The notes under the pieces: generated by a model | Database searches by the model: none | What the model was told of the DNA's origin: nothing | The model's input: only the letters and a program-made list of their open reading frames with translations | Translations under genes and position numbers: made by a program | Virus record (IMG/VR): IMGVR_UViG_2529292751_000006 | Coordinates: 56,786 to 120,785 of that record | DNA from: a virus | Taxonomy: Duplodnaviria > Caudoviricetes | Reading direction: 5' to 3' (one strand) | DNA: 64,000 bases | In this document: positions 1 through 10,111 of the stretch, in pieces | Layout of the letters: every line of letters begins with the position of its first letter | Position numbering within the stretch: the first letter of the stretch is position 1

Positions 1-290
1 TAAATATAAGTTGCACCATCTTTCATACCAGTATCAGTGTATGTAGTTGTTGAAGCATTAACAGAGCCAACTAATGCAAACGTTCCACCTGATGTTTTCT
101 TTCTAAAGATGCGATAACCTTGTAAATCATCAATTACAGTATCATCAGCATTCTTTGTAACAGCAGACCAAGTTAGATTTACTTTACCTTGGTTTACAGT
201 ATAAGCTAATCCTGTTGCTTTACCTGGAGCAACACTATCACCAGCTGTAGCAAAGGCTTGAACAGAATATAAGGATTCTAAAGCACTCAT
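1..290 (-). CDS. Fibronectin type III domain virion protein (partial, runs off the left end)
   Basis: Manually translated MSALESLYSVQAFATAGDSVAPGKATGL...VNLTWSAV...GYRIFRK...YTDTG; RBS GAGGTG before ATG at 290. Confidence 0.75.
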   Translation of the reverse strand, partial: MSALESLYSVQAFATAGDSVAPGKATGLAYTVNQGKVNLTWSAVTKNADDTVIDDLQGYRIFRKKTSGGTFALVGSVNASTTTYTDTGMKDGATYI

Positions 291-322
291 TACTTTCACC
301 TCTTATTTGTATTTTATATATG

Positions 323-820
323 TTAAGCTACATTTTCATAGCTAAACAGTTTTGTTAAGTATGGTGATGCCGCCAATTGTCCAGGAGTTACATCTCCATC
401 TTCACAATTCGGAACAAGATCAATTCCAATATCGTTATAAATGTTATCAACAATTTCTGAGCAAACAACTTTATTTGCTTCTTCAAAAACCGTAGAAGTA
501 TGAAACACCTTTTGCAATGCAAATGAAATAATATGTCTCCAATCATAACCTTTATTAAGTTTTGCTCTTCGAATTGCTTGTTTAATAATTTTTATTCTTT
601 GCTCACCAGTAAGTCCCTTTGTATAACGATAAATATCGTATACTTCATGTTTCATAGGGCGTATAGCTAGGTCTTTATTAATATCAATTTCTAATATTAA
701 ATCCGCTGCCACTATCAGCCCAACATGTGTATAATCTGAGCCTGTAACCCACCTTATTAATCTAGAGATAATAGGTGTATTGCCTTTCACTAAAACAATA
801 TCTCCTGTTTGTAGCTTCAC
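323..820 (-). CDS. Permuted papain-like NlpC/P60 (YiiX/YebB-like) amidase
   Basis: GDIVLV, THVGL (His first), GYDW, CSE (Cys last), TPGQL. Confidence 0.85.
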   Translation of the reverse strand: MKLQTGDIVLVKGNTPIISRLIRWVTGSDYTHVGLIVAADLILEIDINKDLAIRPMKHEVYDIYRYTKGLTGEQRIKIIKQAIRRAKLNKGYDWRHIISFALQKVFHTSTVFEEANKVVCSEIVDNIYNDIGIDLVPNCEDGDVTPGQLAASPYLTKLFSYENVA

Positions 821-850
821 AGAATAACCTCCCTCCTGCGATTCTAATAA

Positions 851-879
851 ATTATATACTGATTAAACTCTACATACAA
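851..879 (-). promoter_or_regulatory. Putative sigma-A promoter for the YiiX-like gene
   Basis: TTGTAT-17 nt-TATAAT on the minus strand, upstream of the GGAGG RBS. Confidence 0.55.
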
Positions 880-898
880 AATGCATAGGAAGCCATTG

Positions 899-1345
899 TC
901 AGACAGTTCCCATGATATTTTGCTTCCTAGCTATATGTTCTTTTCTATTTTCTAATATTTCTTTCGCTTTTGCTTCTGCATATCCCATATAGTCAAATAA
1001 CCAATCAGATTTAGCAAGGGATGTATCTGTGATTTGATGCATACTTGCTATATGTTCTAAATTCTGTTCGATTTCTTTCTCATCCACTGAGAGACTCAAA
1101 CCATTTACTTTTTTATTCATTATTCGCATAAAGCCAAACAAAACAAACTCTAGTGTGGATGATCCTATGTTAGGATTTATTTTTTCTGAAGCCATATTGA
1201 ATAATATCTGATTTACTTTTATTTGTTCTTCTTCAGATAGATTATTAAAGTTTTCTGCATTAATTTCTCCTGACAGAATCCTAGATTCTAGCGTCTCTTC
1301 TTTTCTTACATCATCTGATACAAATGAAATACGTTCTCTAACCAT
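899..1345 (-). CDS. Hypothetical helical protein, possibly a fibre assembly chaperone
   Basis: 148-aa ORF with AAGGAG RBS directly after the fibre cassette. Confidence 0.6.
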   Translation of the reverse strand: MVRERISFVSDDVRKEETLESRILSGEINAENFNNLSEEEQIKVNQILFNMASEKINPNIGSSTLEFVLFGFMRIMNKKVNGLSLSVDEKEIEQNLEHIASMHQITDTSLAKSDWLFDYMGYAEAKAKEILENRKEHIARKQNIMGTV

Positions 1346-1364
1346 ACTTAATCTCTCCTTTGTT

Positions 1365-2456
1365 TTATGCCCATGTTAATGAGTAGTTCTCTAGTTCCAC
1401 ATTAGCTGGCAATTCTATCTTCAATTTTAATTTCTTTCCTTTTGGGTGAGCTTTATCATCAAATATGAAAAGCTCCTCAGGTAAAATCGCTATCCAAGTT
1501 TCACCGTTATCACGAGAAATATAATAATTTATGTTCTTGGTGCTTTCAGGGATTTCTGCGCCCATCATTTCTATTTCGGCAATATTCGGTAAGGTATGCT
1601 CTCCAGAAATTTCAGTAATCAATAATCTATAATATTTAAAAGCACTTCTATTTTCAAGAATATACTCCTTCTTTTCTCTTTTATTAAATTTGGTGCCTTC
1701 AACCAAATGAAGATCGCTATATTCCTTTCCGTTAATACTCCCTTGGAATTTCCAGCTAACTGGATGAAAGCTATCAGAGTTCGCTTCACCTTTAATAGTA
1801 TACTTGCCAATTACAGTTAATCCTGTGAATTTATAACCAATCCAGCTTGGATCAGGTCCGTAAACAAAATTAGCGCCCCATATTGAATCAACATTCCCAT
1901 CAAAAGCCTCATATGCAGAAGTATGAGGTTTTTCTCCTTGATTTGTATTACTAGCAAACGCTTCTCCAGAAGGAGTTATATTGGAAGTCATTTTTGGGAT
2001 TAAGTTCTTATCTGAAGATGCAGAGGCTTCTTTTACATTAGCGATTAAAATAAGCTTAGAAGGAATACTCTCCAACTCTTCAGTAGTTGTTTCAATAACA
2101 CATTCTTCAGTTGCTATTAATGACCCTTGCTCAGGATTATGAATATAACCTTTACTCTTTTCTGCATCAATTCCACTTACATCTAATAGATCATCAAACA
2201 TCATATTTTGCATATTGTATTTTAGAGTTTTAGCAATGCTATTTAATTTAACATGTGCCTTCATAATGTTTACCGCATCATGAACAATAAGCTTATTTGC
2301 TCTTAATGACAAACCTTCTAAGTATTTTTCTAAACTATCAATACGCTCTTTTACGTTTATAAATTTACCTTCTACACCAGAAGATAATGTTTGATTACGT
2401 AAGCTGGATTCTGCATCTTTTGTTTTATTCGCAATACCATAACTAATAGTATCCAT
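1365..2456 (-). CDS. Fibre/receptor-binding protein with a discoidin (F5/8 type C-like) domain
   Basis: LIPKMTSN..AYEAFDG..W..WIGYKF..WKFQGS..YYRL..IAEIEM; shares N- and C-terminal modules with neighbours. Confidence 0.75.
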   Translation of the reverse strand: MDTISYGIANKTKDAESSLRNQTLSSGVEGKFINVKERIDSLEKYLEGLSLRANKLIVHDAVNIMKAHVKLNSIAKTLKYNMQNMMFDDLLDVSGIDAEKSKGYIHNPEQGSLIATEECVIETTTEELESIPSKLILIANVKEASASSDKNLIPKMTSNITPSGEAFASNTNQGEKPHTSAYEAFDGNVDSIWGANFVYGPDPSWIGYKFTGLTVIGKYTIKGEANSDSFHPVSWKFQGSINGKEYSDLHLVEGTKFNKREKKEYILENRSAFKYYRLLITEISGEHTLPNIAEIEMMGAEIPESTKNINYYISRDNGETWIAILPEELFIFDDKAHPKGKKLKLKIELPANVELENYSLTWA

Positions 2457-2471
2457 TTAGCACCATCCTTT

Positions 2472-3890
2472 CTATAGCCATGAGTATGAAATTGCATGAA
2501 GCTCTTTTCTGTTTTTTAGAACGACCTTAACAAGTAATTCTTTACCCTCTGGGAGTTTATCTAAACTAACAAGCTTATCTTTCTCAATCCTCATCCATGA
2601 ATCATTATTACGAGATACATAATATTCTAGACTATCTTCTACATTATCTTCAGTAACTGATGACAATAAAAACAGTGTAGGAATAGTCTCTATAGACTCA
2701 ACGGTTGTAATCAATATAGCTGCCTGTGTCTTGTCCTTTGGCGTTACTTTATGATTTTGCTGATCATGAATAACATTCTTTGAATTTATCAAATCAATGC
2801 CAGTGCTATCACCAAAATCATCTATAATCATATCTTTCATGTTATAACGCTTTTTATCCAAAAGTGAATTTACTCTTAAATTATGTTTATTGAGATTTAT
2901 ATGGATATTCGTTTCTAAGTCTGATACACGATTAGGCAATGGACGATTCTGATAAGAGATTGCCACATTATTAAACTTATAGGCTTTATCAAGAACAGTG
3001 ACTTGTATTTGTAAGTCCTTTGAAAACTTACTTACTATTTCAAAACTATCTCCTACATCAATAAAATCATCTGTTGTTTTTACAGACACTTTTACTTTGT
3101 CTCTTGGTAATTCTGCTGCTACATCATTATCAAAGTAAAACTCCAATTCATCAATATTAACAGGAAAGACTTCGCCCTCTTGGAGCCCATTTGTTTCTGA
3201 AACCCAAAGTACATAGGCCCTGTATTCTGAATTGTTTTTAAAAGAGTACTCTCTTTCTTCATACTCACCCCAGTTCACTTGATTTACTTGTTTATCAAGG
3301 TCAATCCATTCATTAGTACCTAACGGTAGCCCTCTAAATATCCAGCTCTTTGGTGATTGATTTACATACTGCGGATTATTTCGAGCTCTGATTTTATACT
3401 TATTTACAACTTTTGTTATAGTTGCCCACTCATACATAATATAATGTGGAAGAGCTGCATTCTCAGCTGATTGCCATCCTCTTCCTTCGTTTCTCATCCC
3501 ATCAAATGCTTTAGCAGGATTATAGTTGTCACCAACGCTTCTAGATGAACTCGCACTAACAATTCCACCTTTTGCTAGGTTTTCGCTTTTTGACATTAAT
3601 GATCCTGTAACTTTTAATGCTTCTAACTCCAATGCATCTTCTCCTAAATGAATTATATTAGAAGTCCAAACACCATTAGTGATGCTACCTTCTTGAGCTG
3701 AAACAACCTTAATTTTATCAATCAATCCTTGTCGCTTCTTTTCTAATTCATCTATACGAGCTTTAACATTAGCAAAGGTCCCTTTTACATCTTTGTCTCC
3801 ATTTTTGTAGTCACCTGTACCTAGACGCTTATTCAGTGAATCTAGATTCTTCCTTCCTTGCATTGCTTTAGAATAACTTACAATATCCAT
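2472..3890 (-). CDS. Fibre/receptor-binding protein with a discoidin domain
   Basis: KAFDG..GWQS..PKSWIFRG..IDELEF; C-terminal ISYSWL module. Confidence 0.75.
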   Translation of the reverse strand: MDIVSYSKAMQGRKNLDSLNKRLGTGDYKNGDKDVKGTFANVKARIDELEKKRQGLIDKIKVVSAQEGSITNGVWTSNIIHLGEDALELEALKVTGSLMSKSENLAKGGIVSASSSRSVGDNYNPAKAFDGMRNEGRGWQSAENAALPHYIMYEWATITKVVNKYKIRARNNPQYVNQSPKSWIFRGLPLGTNEWIDLDKQVNQVNWGEYEEREYSFKNNSEYRAYVLWVSETNGLQEGEVFPVNIDELEFYFDNDVAAELPRDKVKVSVKTTDDFIDVGDSFEIVSKFSKDLQIQVTVLDKAYKFNNVAISYQNRPLPNRVSDLETNIHINLNKHNLRVNSLLDKKRYNMKDMIIDDFGDSTGIDLINSKNVIHDQQNHKVTPKDKTQAAILITTVESIETIPTLFLLSSVTEDNVEDSLEYYVSRNNDSWMRIEKDKLVSLDKLPEGKELLVKVVLKNRKELHAISYSWL

Positions 3891-3911
3891 TGTTTCACTC
3901 CTTTCTTTTTG

Positions 3912-4970
3912 TTAAGCCCAAGCATAAGAGATTGCTGTTAAGGTTGCTGAATCTGTTGGCAAATTAATGCGGATTTTAAGTTGTTTACCAGATTGTGTTG
4001 AGATATCTATTACATCCCCTGATTGAAAGGCATTCCAAGTACTTCCGTTATCTAAAGAATATTGGAATGTGCATTCTTGATGATCTGCTGTTATGACAAG
4101 TGTTTTGCGATATACTGGTAACTCTTCTGTATCCGTCTCTATCATACCAGTTCCACGATATAATTTATCTTCTGAATTATAGAGATAATGCTGTGAAATG
4201 CTTGCTGCAAATTGCTTTTCAGTTTCTGTATAAGCTAGTATCTTAGAATTACTCGGGAGTGCTTTCCATTGTTCCTCTGTAATGCTATTTAATGAAAACA
4301 TACCATGGTCTTTAAACATTTCGTATGTGACTGGTGCTGTGCCTACATCTTCCCATATGCTATTAATTTTTTTGATTATATTTTCAGATTGAATGAGAAA
4401 CATTTGGATATTAGGTATTTTCACGTCATTATATAATCCGACTGGATCATTTGATACATCTGCGAATTTAGAATCAATATTATTAATCTTGAACCCTGTT
4501 ATTCCAAGTTCAGTAAATCTGACTTCGCTACTTCCTGACCCAATACTAATTCCCCCGTTATCTTTAAAGTAATAGCGAATACCATTACAAAATATCCAAC
4601 AGTCAATAGGACCATAAATCATTCTAACTTTGTCCTCATTGTTGTTTTCTACTCGTTTCCATTGATTTGTATCTGTATCACGGTATTCGACATAGGTAAT
4701 AAAATCCTCCTTCCCAAGACCCTCATCAGGCCATCCATATGGTTTGATTTTTGTAATAAGAACAGGAAAATCAAACTCAATTCCCATCCAAGCAGAAGTG
4801 GCTTCTCTTGCAAACCAAAAAGAACGATCAGAAGTACTTTTGTTCCCATCATTTAATGAAGACGGATTATAACTGCTGCTTGTAACCCATGGTGGTGATG
4901 ATTTTGCTACGCCTATTGTTTGCAAATTATCATCATATATTTCCTTGTCATTAAAATCAATACGTGACAT
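3912..4970 (-). CDS. Fibre protein with a divergent discoidin-like N-terminal domain
   Basis: SLNDG..FW..WMGIEF..FTELGI; central FKDHGM module; C-terminal ISYAWA module. Confidence 0.65.
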   Translation of the reverse strand: MSRIDFNDKEIYDDNLQTIGVAKSSPPWVTSSSYNPSSLNDGNKSTSDRSFWFAREATSAWMGIEFDFPVLITKIKPYGWPDEGLGKEDFITYVEYRDTDTNQWKRVENNNEDKVRMIYGPIDCWIFCNGIRYYFKDNGGISIGSGSSEVRFTELGITGFKINNIDSKFADVSNDPVGLYNDVKIPNIQMFLIQSENIIKKINSIWEDVGTAPVTYEMFKDHGMFSLNSITEEQWKALPSNSKILAYTETEKQFAASISQHYLYNSEDKLYRGTGMIETDTEELPVYRKTLVITADHQECTFQYSLDNGSTWNAFQSGDVIDISTQSGKQLKIRINLPTDSATLTAISYAWA

Positions 4971-5819
4971 TTATTTCACCTCTACTTTCTTTATATTTGT
5001 TATGGATGCAAGATTTAATTCAGACACCTTACCTGATCCTAATTTTACTGTATTAGAAAACGTAACTTCTCGCTTTTCTTCTCCTGCACCTGAAGAAGAA
5101 ATAATTTTCATATTATCCGTTTCAAACGTATCTATTACCATGTCATGCATTTTATATTTTTCTGATTTAAGTAATGCATTACTTTTGAAATTGAGTTTTG
5201 CCATATTAATTGCATTAATTCGTTCTAGCTCTTTTAAACGCCCTTCAATCGTTAAGCTATTTGTTTCAATTTTAATGCTATGTAATTTGGGTGAGTTGCT
5301 TACAACTGGCACTGTCTCATATGATAATTTATCAATTAATAACGTATCTGTAACTGCATTTAAATCTAAATAATATGCTAAACGTAACTTCATTTCAGAT
5401 AAAAAGGGCTTCCATGCTACCTGTGTAATGCCATTAAATGTAGCAATATCCATACCTTTTGACTTTACATCATCTAGGTCATTTATATCAACAGAACTCC
5501 AAGATAATCCATTAAATGCTTTCCATGTTGTGCCACTGTCATTAGACGCAATAATCTTGAGGACACTTTCATTTTGTACAGTTCCCGTTAATGTAAAGGA
5601 TTTAATAGGCTTCTCAAATATCATATCTGTTTCTTGCAGAATTAATTGTTGCTTTGGTATAGCAGTTACATTTACAGACGCACTATTAATGCTTGTATCT
5701 TTCGTGAGAACTAGTATTTTAATATTATCTGATTCTAATTGATTCCATGCTGATTCAGGTATTACACTTAAATCTGTCATACCATGTTGCTTAAATTCAT
5801 CTACTGTGGGCATATTCAT
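4971..5819 (-). CDS. Fibre adaptor/structural protein
   Basis: Begins with the FKQHGM..W..L module; SNDSGTTW; coiled-coil motif shared with the 363- and 472-aa proteins; true start may be the second Met (5813). Confidence 0.65.
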   Translation of the reverse strand: MNMPTVDEFKQHGMTDLSVIPESAWNQLESDNIKILVLTKDTSINSASVNVTAIPKQQLILQETDMIFEKPIKSFTLTGTVQNESVLKIIASNDSGTTWKAFNGLSWSSVDINDLDDVKSKGMDIATFNGITQVAWKPFLSEMKLRLAYYLDLNAVTDTLLIDKLSYETVPVVSNSPKLHSIKIETNSLTIEGRLKELERINAINMAKLNFKSNALLKSEKYKMHDMVIDTFETDNMKIISSSGAGEEKREVTFSNTVKLGSGKVSELNLASITNIKKVEVK

Positions 5820-5825
5820 TCCTCC

Positions 5826-7589
5826 TTATATGGTTTGCCATGTGTTATTTTTATATGTTTTTATTATATCACCCTCTTGAATAAGTAATAATTGTTTTCG
5901 TACAGTAAATACTGCACTTTCTTGATATGCAGATGCGGATGATTTATCATCTACTGCTCGTACTCTTATTCTAGCATTTGTAATATTCAATCCATCGGGA
6001 AGCTTATATTCTATTGATACATCCGTTATCTTTGCAACAATTGACACCCAAGAAGAACCGTTGTAGAAATCTACATCGTATGTAATTGCATCCCCCTCTG
6101 GATCCGTAGATGCATCCCATGATACTGTAATGGTTTCACCTGTTAGGTATACACTATTTGTGCTTGCTGTTACTTTTAGATTTGTTGGCACTGTCGGTGG
6201 CATACTTCCTAATTCAACAAGTTGAATTTTAACATATCCATCACCAGATTTTCCTGTTGTTGCAGATGTGTTTTCCCCAGATATATAGGAACCACCACCG
6301 CCACCTCCATATCCATCATTGTAACCGCCGCCACCTCCAGAGTAGCCACCACCGCCGCCGCCAGGATAATTACCATTACCACCACCACCGCCAAATCCAC
6401 CTACACTTGCGTCAGAACGTGCATAACCACCCAGTCCACCATTAATAAAAGCTTGTCCACCTTGTACAATGCTATTTTTTCCATCCGCTTTCCCCCAGCT
6501 TACAACTGTCTGTGTTGCATATTCAACAGATTGTCCCTCACTATAAAAGCCACCACCGGATCCAGCAGGATAACGTCCAGAAGGAACTGATTTCCCTCCT
6601 TGTCCTGATGAACCTCCATACGGAGTCGTCGAACCGTAAGATGATGACCCAGAAGTAGATGTACTTCCATCTCTTCCGTATCCATTAGTATTATCATTAG
6701 AACCGCCACCACCACCACCGCCGACAATCAATGGTATAGTCGATGATAAAACACTCCCTTTGGCTACGAAACTGCCACCACCGCCACCACCACCTTGCGG
6801 ATAGCCCATGCCTTGCTGTCCTACTAATACTTGAATTACGTCACCTTGTTTTAGTTCAATTTTCCCACTAGCAATTGCACCATATCCACCCCTTGCAGTA
6901 AGGCTTGAATTTGATGTTTTCCCACCTTGTGCGCCTGCTGCTGTAATCTGATATTTCCCACTCATAGGAACTATCCATTTCATAATTGTCCCTGAACGAC
7001 CAGTAGACGTTGGGTTGAAATGAAGAGTATCATTTAATGCTAGTGCTTCTGGGTATTTAGTTACACCAGAATTTAAAGTATTAACTGTATGTGTTGTCAT
7101 GATTTCCTCCACTTTGTAAGAGTAATAAGCCGAGAACATTGTTCCTGTTCTTCCCCAGTATACCGTTGCATTTGCAGGAACTACTACACGGATTGCTTCT
7201 CTTGTATCTAGTCTGCTGAAATATCGCTTTTCATTCAAGGTTCTTCCATCGTTATATGCAATTCCGACAATCGTCTTACAGTCTTGGAATCCACCTATTT
7301 GTGAGTCCCCATTCTCTAAGAGAAGAGAAAGCGGTTCGCCAGTATTATTTGTCAATCGAATAACATCCGGACTGCCCGGTGTAGTCCTAAATTCATTGGC
7401 AGGAACATATGTCGGTTCACTAGAATCGTTATAAGCAATTAATGCACCGCCTGTTGATATCTTCTGATATAATGGCTTCCCATCTCCATTCCTGTCGCCT
7501 GCTGTCCAGTGTCCAAACTTATCTGGACCTTTTTCTAAATCCTTAAAATAGAAAGTTTGATTAACAGGAATGCTTGATATGTTGCCCAT
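5826..7589 (-). CDS. Glycine-rich fibre/receptor-binding protein with C-terminal FN3 domain
   Basis: AAGAQGG, GGGGGGSFV and GGFGGGG polyglycine motifs; WDASTDPEGD FN3. Confidence 0.75.
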   Translation of the reverse strand: MGNISSIPVNQTFYFKDLEKGPDKFGHWTAGDRNGDGKPLYQKISTGGALIAYNDSSEPTYVPANEFRTTPGSPDVIRLTNNTGEPLSLLLENGDSQIGGFQDCKTIVGIAYNDGRTLNEKRYFSRLDTREAIRVVVPANATVYWGRTGTMFSAYYSYKVEEIMTTHTVNTLNSGVTKYPEALALNDTLHFNPTSTGRSGTIMKWIVPMSGKYQITAAGAQGGKTSNSSLTARGGYGAIASGKIELKQGDVIQVLVGQQGMGYPQGGGGGGGSFVAKGSVLSSTIPLIVGGGGGGGSNDNTNGYGRDGSTSTSGSSSYGSTTPYGGSSGQGGKSVPSGRYPAGSGGGFYSEGQSVEYATQTVVSWGKADGKNSIVQGGQAFINGGLGGYARSDASVGGFGGGGGNGNYPGGGGGGYSGGGGGYNDGYGGGGGGSYISGENTSATTGKSGDGYVKIQLVELGSMPPTVPTNLKVTASTNSVYLTGETITVSWDASTDPEGDAITYDVDFYNGSSWVSIVAKITDVSIEYKLPDGLNITNARIRVRAVDDKSSASAYQESAVFTVRKQLLLIQEGDIIKTYKNNTWQTI

Positions 7590-7603
7590 TTTATAACCTC
7601 CCT

Positions 7604-8884
7604 TTAAATAGATTCCCAGTTTCCATTTTTATAAGCCTTGCTTACATCTCCATCTTTAATTATATACAACTGCTTGGCTATCGTGAATACGTTACTTGAT
7701 ACATAATCAGATGCATTATTTTCACCATCCATTGCTCGCACTCTAATCTGTGCTTTATCTGTTGCAATTGATGGAAGGATGCAGTCATACTTTGTGTCTG
7801 TAATTTTTGCTGAAATATTTGACCATGCAGAGCCATTATAAAATTCAACCTCATATGTGATAGCACTTCCATCTGGGTCAGTTGATGCATCCCATGATAC
7901 AGAAACTATTTCTCCTGACATGTATATATTATTTACACTTGATGTTACTTTTAGATTTGTCGGTACTGTTGGAGGAAGACCTTCAAGTTTTATTAATTGA
8001 ATCGTGACATAACCATTTGATGAATTATATCCTGCTGATGCAAATTCTGTAACTCTGTCAGGGCTTGCGTATGAACCGCCGCCACCTCCTCCTTCATTGT
8101 TACTTTTTCCACCTGATCCACCAGAATATCCACCGCCACCTCCTCCTCCAAAATAACCGTTACCAGCACCGCCGCCAAATCCACCTTCGCCACCTGCACT
8201 CTGTGCAGATGCAACTCCATATCCTCCTGTTCCACCTCTGCGAAAAGCTTTACCACCTTGAGTGTAACTGCTTGTAGGAGAAGATACAGTTTCCCAGCTT
8301 ACTATTTTACCATCTGACCCATATGAAACAGTGTGCCCATCTGTATAGAATCCGCCGCCACCACCGCCAGGGCAAGATCCACAAGGTATAGAGTTTCCAC
8401 CATTACCGTTAATACCGCCAATTGGTTCGGATTGTCCAGGTGAAGTTCCTCCTGAATTAGATATTGTTCCAACTCCTGCGCTCGTAGTATAACCAGCGCC
8501 GCCACCACCACCAGCAATCATAATTGGAACTGAAGATGACAGGGACCCAAGTGCAGTGAAACTACCGCCACCGCCAGCTCCTCCATTATCATAAGAGCCG
8601 CCAGCATGACCTACTAGCACCTGAACAACTTCCCCTTTCTTTAAGGTTACTGTTCCAGTAGTAGCTATACCTTGACCACCAGAAAATCCTTTCTTAACAG
8701 CAGTTCCACCTACTGCACCTGCTACTGTAAATTTATACTTGCCAGCAGTCGGAACAGTCCATGCCATAATTACTCCATTACGACCATAATCCGTTCTATT
8801 AAATTGAAGAATATCATTTACCAAAAGTGATGCAGGGTATTTTACTACTGCACTTCCAGCAGTGTTTACTGTATAAGTTGCCAT
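7604..8884 (-). CDS. Glycine-rich fibre/receptor-binding protein with C-terminal FN3 domain
   Basis: Paralogue of the 587- and 398-aa proteins with the same motifs. Confidence 0.75.
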   Translation of the reverse strand: MATYTVNTAGSAVVKYPASLLVNDILQFNRTDYGRNGVIMAWTVPTAGKYKFTVAGAVGGTAVKKGFSGGQGIATTGTVTLKKGEVVQVLVGHAGGSYDNGGAGGGGSFTALGSLSSSVPIMIAGGGGGAGYTTSAGVGTISNSGGTSPGQSEPIGGINGNGGNSIPCGSCPGGGGGGFYTDGHTVSYGSDGKIVSWETVSSPTSSYTQGGKAFRRGGTGGYGVASAQSAGGEGGFGGGAGNGYFGGGGGGGYSGGSGGKSNNEGGGGGGSYASPDRVTEFASAGYNSSNGYVTIQLIKLEGLPPTVPTNLKVTSSVNNIYMSGEIVSVSWDASTDPDGSAITYEVEFYNGSAWSNISAKITDTKYDCILPSIATDKAQIRVRAMDGENNASDYVSSNVFTIAKQLYIIKDGDVSKAYKNGNWESI

Positions 8885-8899
8885 ACTATCTTCTCCTTT

Positions 8900-10096
8900 C
8901 TAAATAACTGTCCATACTCCATCTTTATATGTTTTCACATTATCTCCGTCTCGCACTAATGCAAGTTGAGCGGCAACTGTAAACACATTACTCATTGTGT
9001 ATGGAGATGCATCATTTTCATTATCAAATGCTCGAACTCTAAATTGTGCATTGCTTGTATTACAAATTGGAAGTATACCGTCGTATGTTGAACCTGTAAT
9101 ATCTTTTGCAATGCTTACCCATGTAGAACCATTATAGAAATCTATTTCATATCTAATAGCATTTCCTTCAGGGTCTGTTGATGCAGTCCATTCCAATGAT
9201 ATTGTTTCATTGGATAGATTCATACTATTAGAGACTGGCTGTTTTACAAGTGATGGATCTGTTGGTGGTTCATTTGCAGAGCCAATAAATGTAATTTGAA
9301 CTAGACCATGACCTGATTTGTAACCTCTTGTATTTGTTTGATTTTCTCCTATATTATAAGAACCGGCTCCAGCTGAAATAGGGGACCCCATATTACCTGC
9401 GCCGTGACCACCAGTATATCCGCCACCACCGCCACCGCCAGAGTAGCCTCCTCCTCCTCCTCCGCCAAATCCACCATGACAATCGTTATATCCTTTTCCT
9501 CCAAGTCCTCCTGAAAGAAAACGAATACCGGCAGAGCCATAACTTTCACCATATTGGGTATCATTAAAGCCATTTGTATTAAATCCTGCCCCACCTGCTC
9601 CTCCTGTCCCTCCTCCATGACTCGCCCCATTGCCTTCACCTTTTGATGGCTTTCCTCCAGGAACTTCACTTGCCAGTTTTGAAATTTCTCCAGGATATCC
9701 GTCTAAATCCCTCCAAGTATAAGTGTATCCACCACCACCACCTGCAATTAAAAGTGGTAGATTTTCTTTTGCTATAAATGTTCCACCACCACCTCCTCCA
9801 ATTTTATATGTAGACTCACTATAAATTCCTCGATGCCCAATAAGAATACTGAGAACTTGATTTTTTCGCAAGATAAAGTCACCTGACATTAATGCTCCTT
9901 TACCTCCATTAGCACCACCACCTTGAGCACCCATTGCTACAATTCGATATACACCATCATTAGGAATTGTCCATTTTAATATCGCTCCTGATTGCCCAGT
10001 ACTAGTGTTGTAAATATTCATTACATCTCCACGCTTTAAGCTTGCTGGAAATGTTGCTGTGGCACTGCCTGACTGATTCACTGTATAAGTTGTCAT
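8900..10096 (-). CDS. Glycine-rich fibre/receptor-binding protein with C-terminal FN3 domain
   Basis: GAQGG, GGGGGTF, GGFGGGG; WTASTDPEGN FN3. Confidence 0.75.
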   Translation of the reverse strand: MTTYTVNQSGSATATFPASLKRGDVMNIYNTSTGQSGAILKWTIPNDGVYRIVAMGAQGGGANGGKGALMSGDFILRKNQVLSILIGHRGIYSESTYKIGGGGGGTFIAKENLPLLIAGGGGGYTYTWRDLDGYPGEISKLASEVPGGKPSKGEGNGASHGGGTGGAGGAGFNTNGFNDTQYGESYGSAGIRFLSGGLGGKGYNDCHGGFGGGGGGGYSGGGGGGGYTGGHGAGNMGSPISAGAGSYNIGENQTNTRGYKSGHGLVQITFIGSANEPPTDPSLVKQPVSNSMNLSNETISLEWTASTDPEGNAIRYEIDFYNGSTWVSIAKDITGSTYDGILPICNTSNAQFRVRAFDNENDASPYTMSNVFTVAAQLALVRDGDNVKTYKDGVWTVI

Positions 10097-10111
10097 GCTA
10101 TCTTCTCTTTT

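Noticed and set aside
6209-9669. Many short overlapping ORFs with His-, Val- or Thr-runs
   Set aside because: Alternative-frame and antisense shadows of polyglycine (GGN) codons; no RBS support
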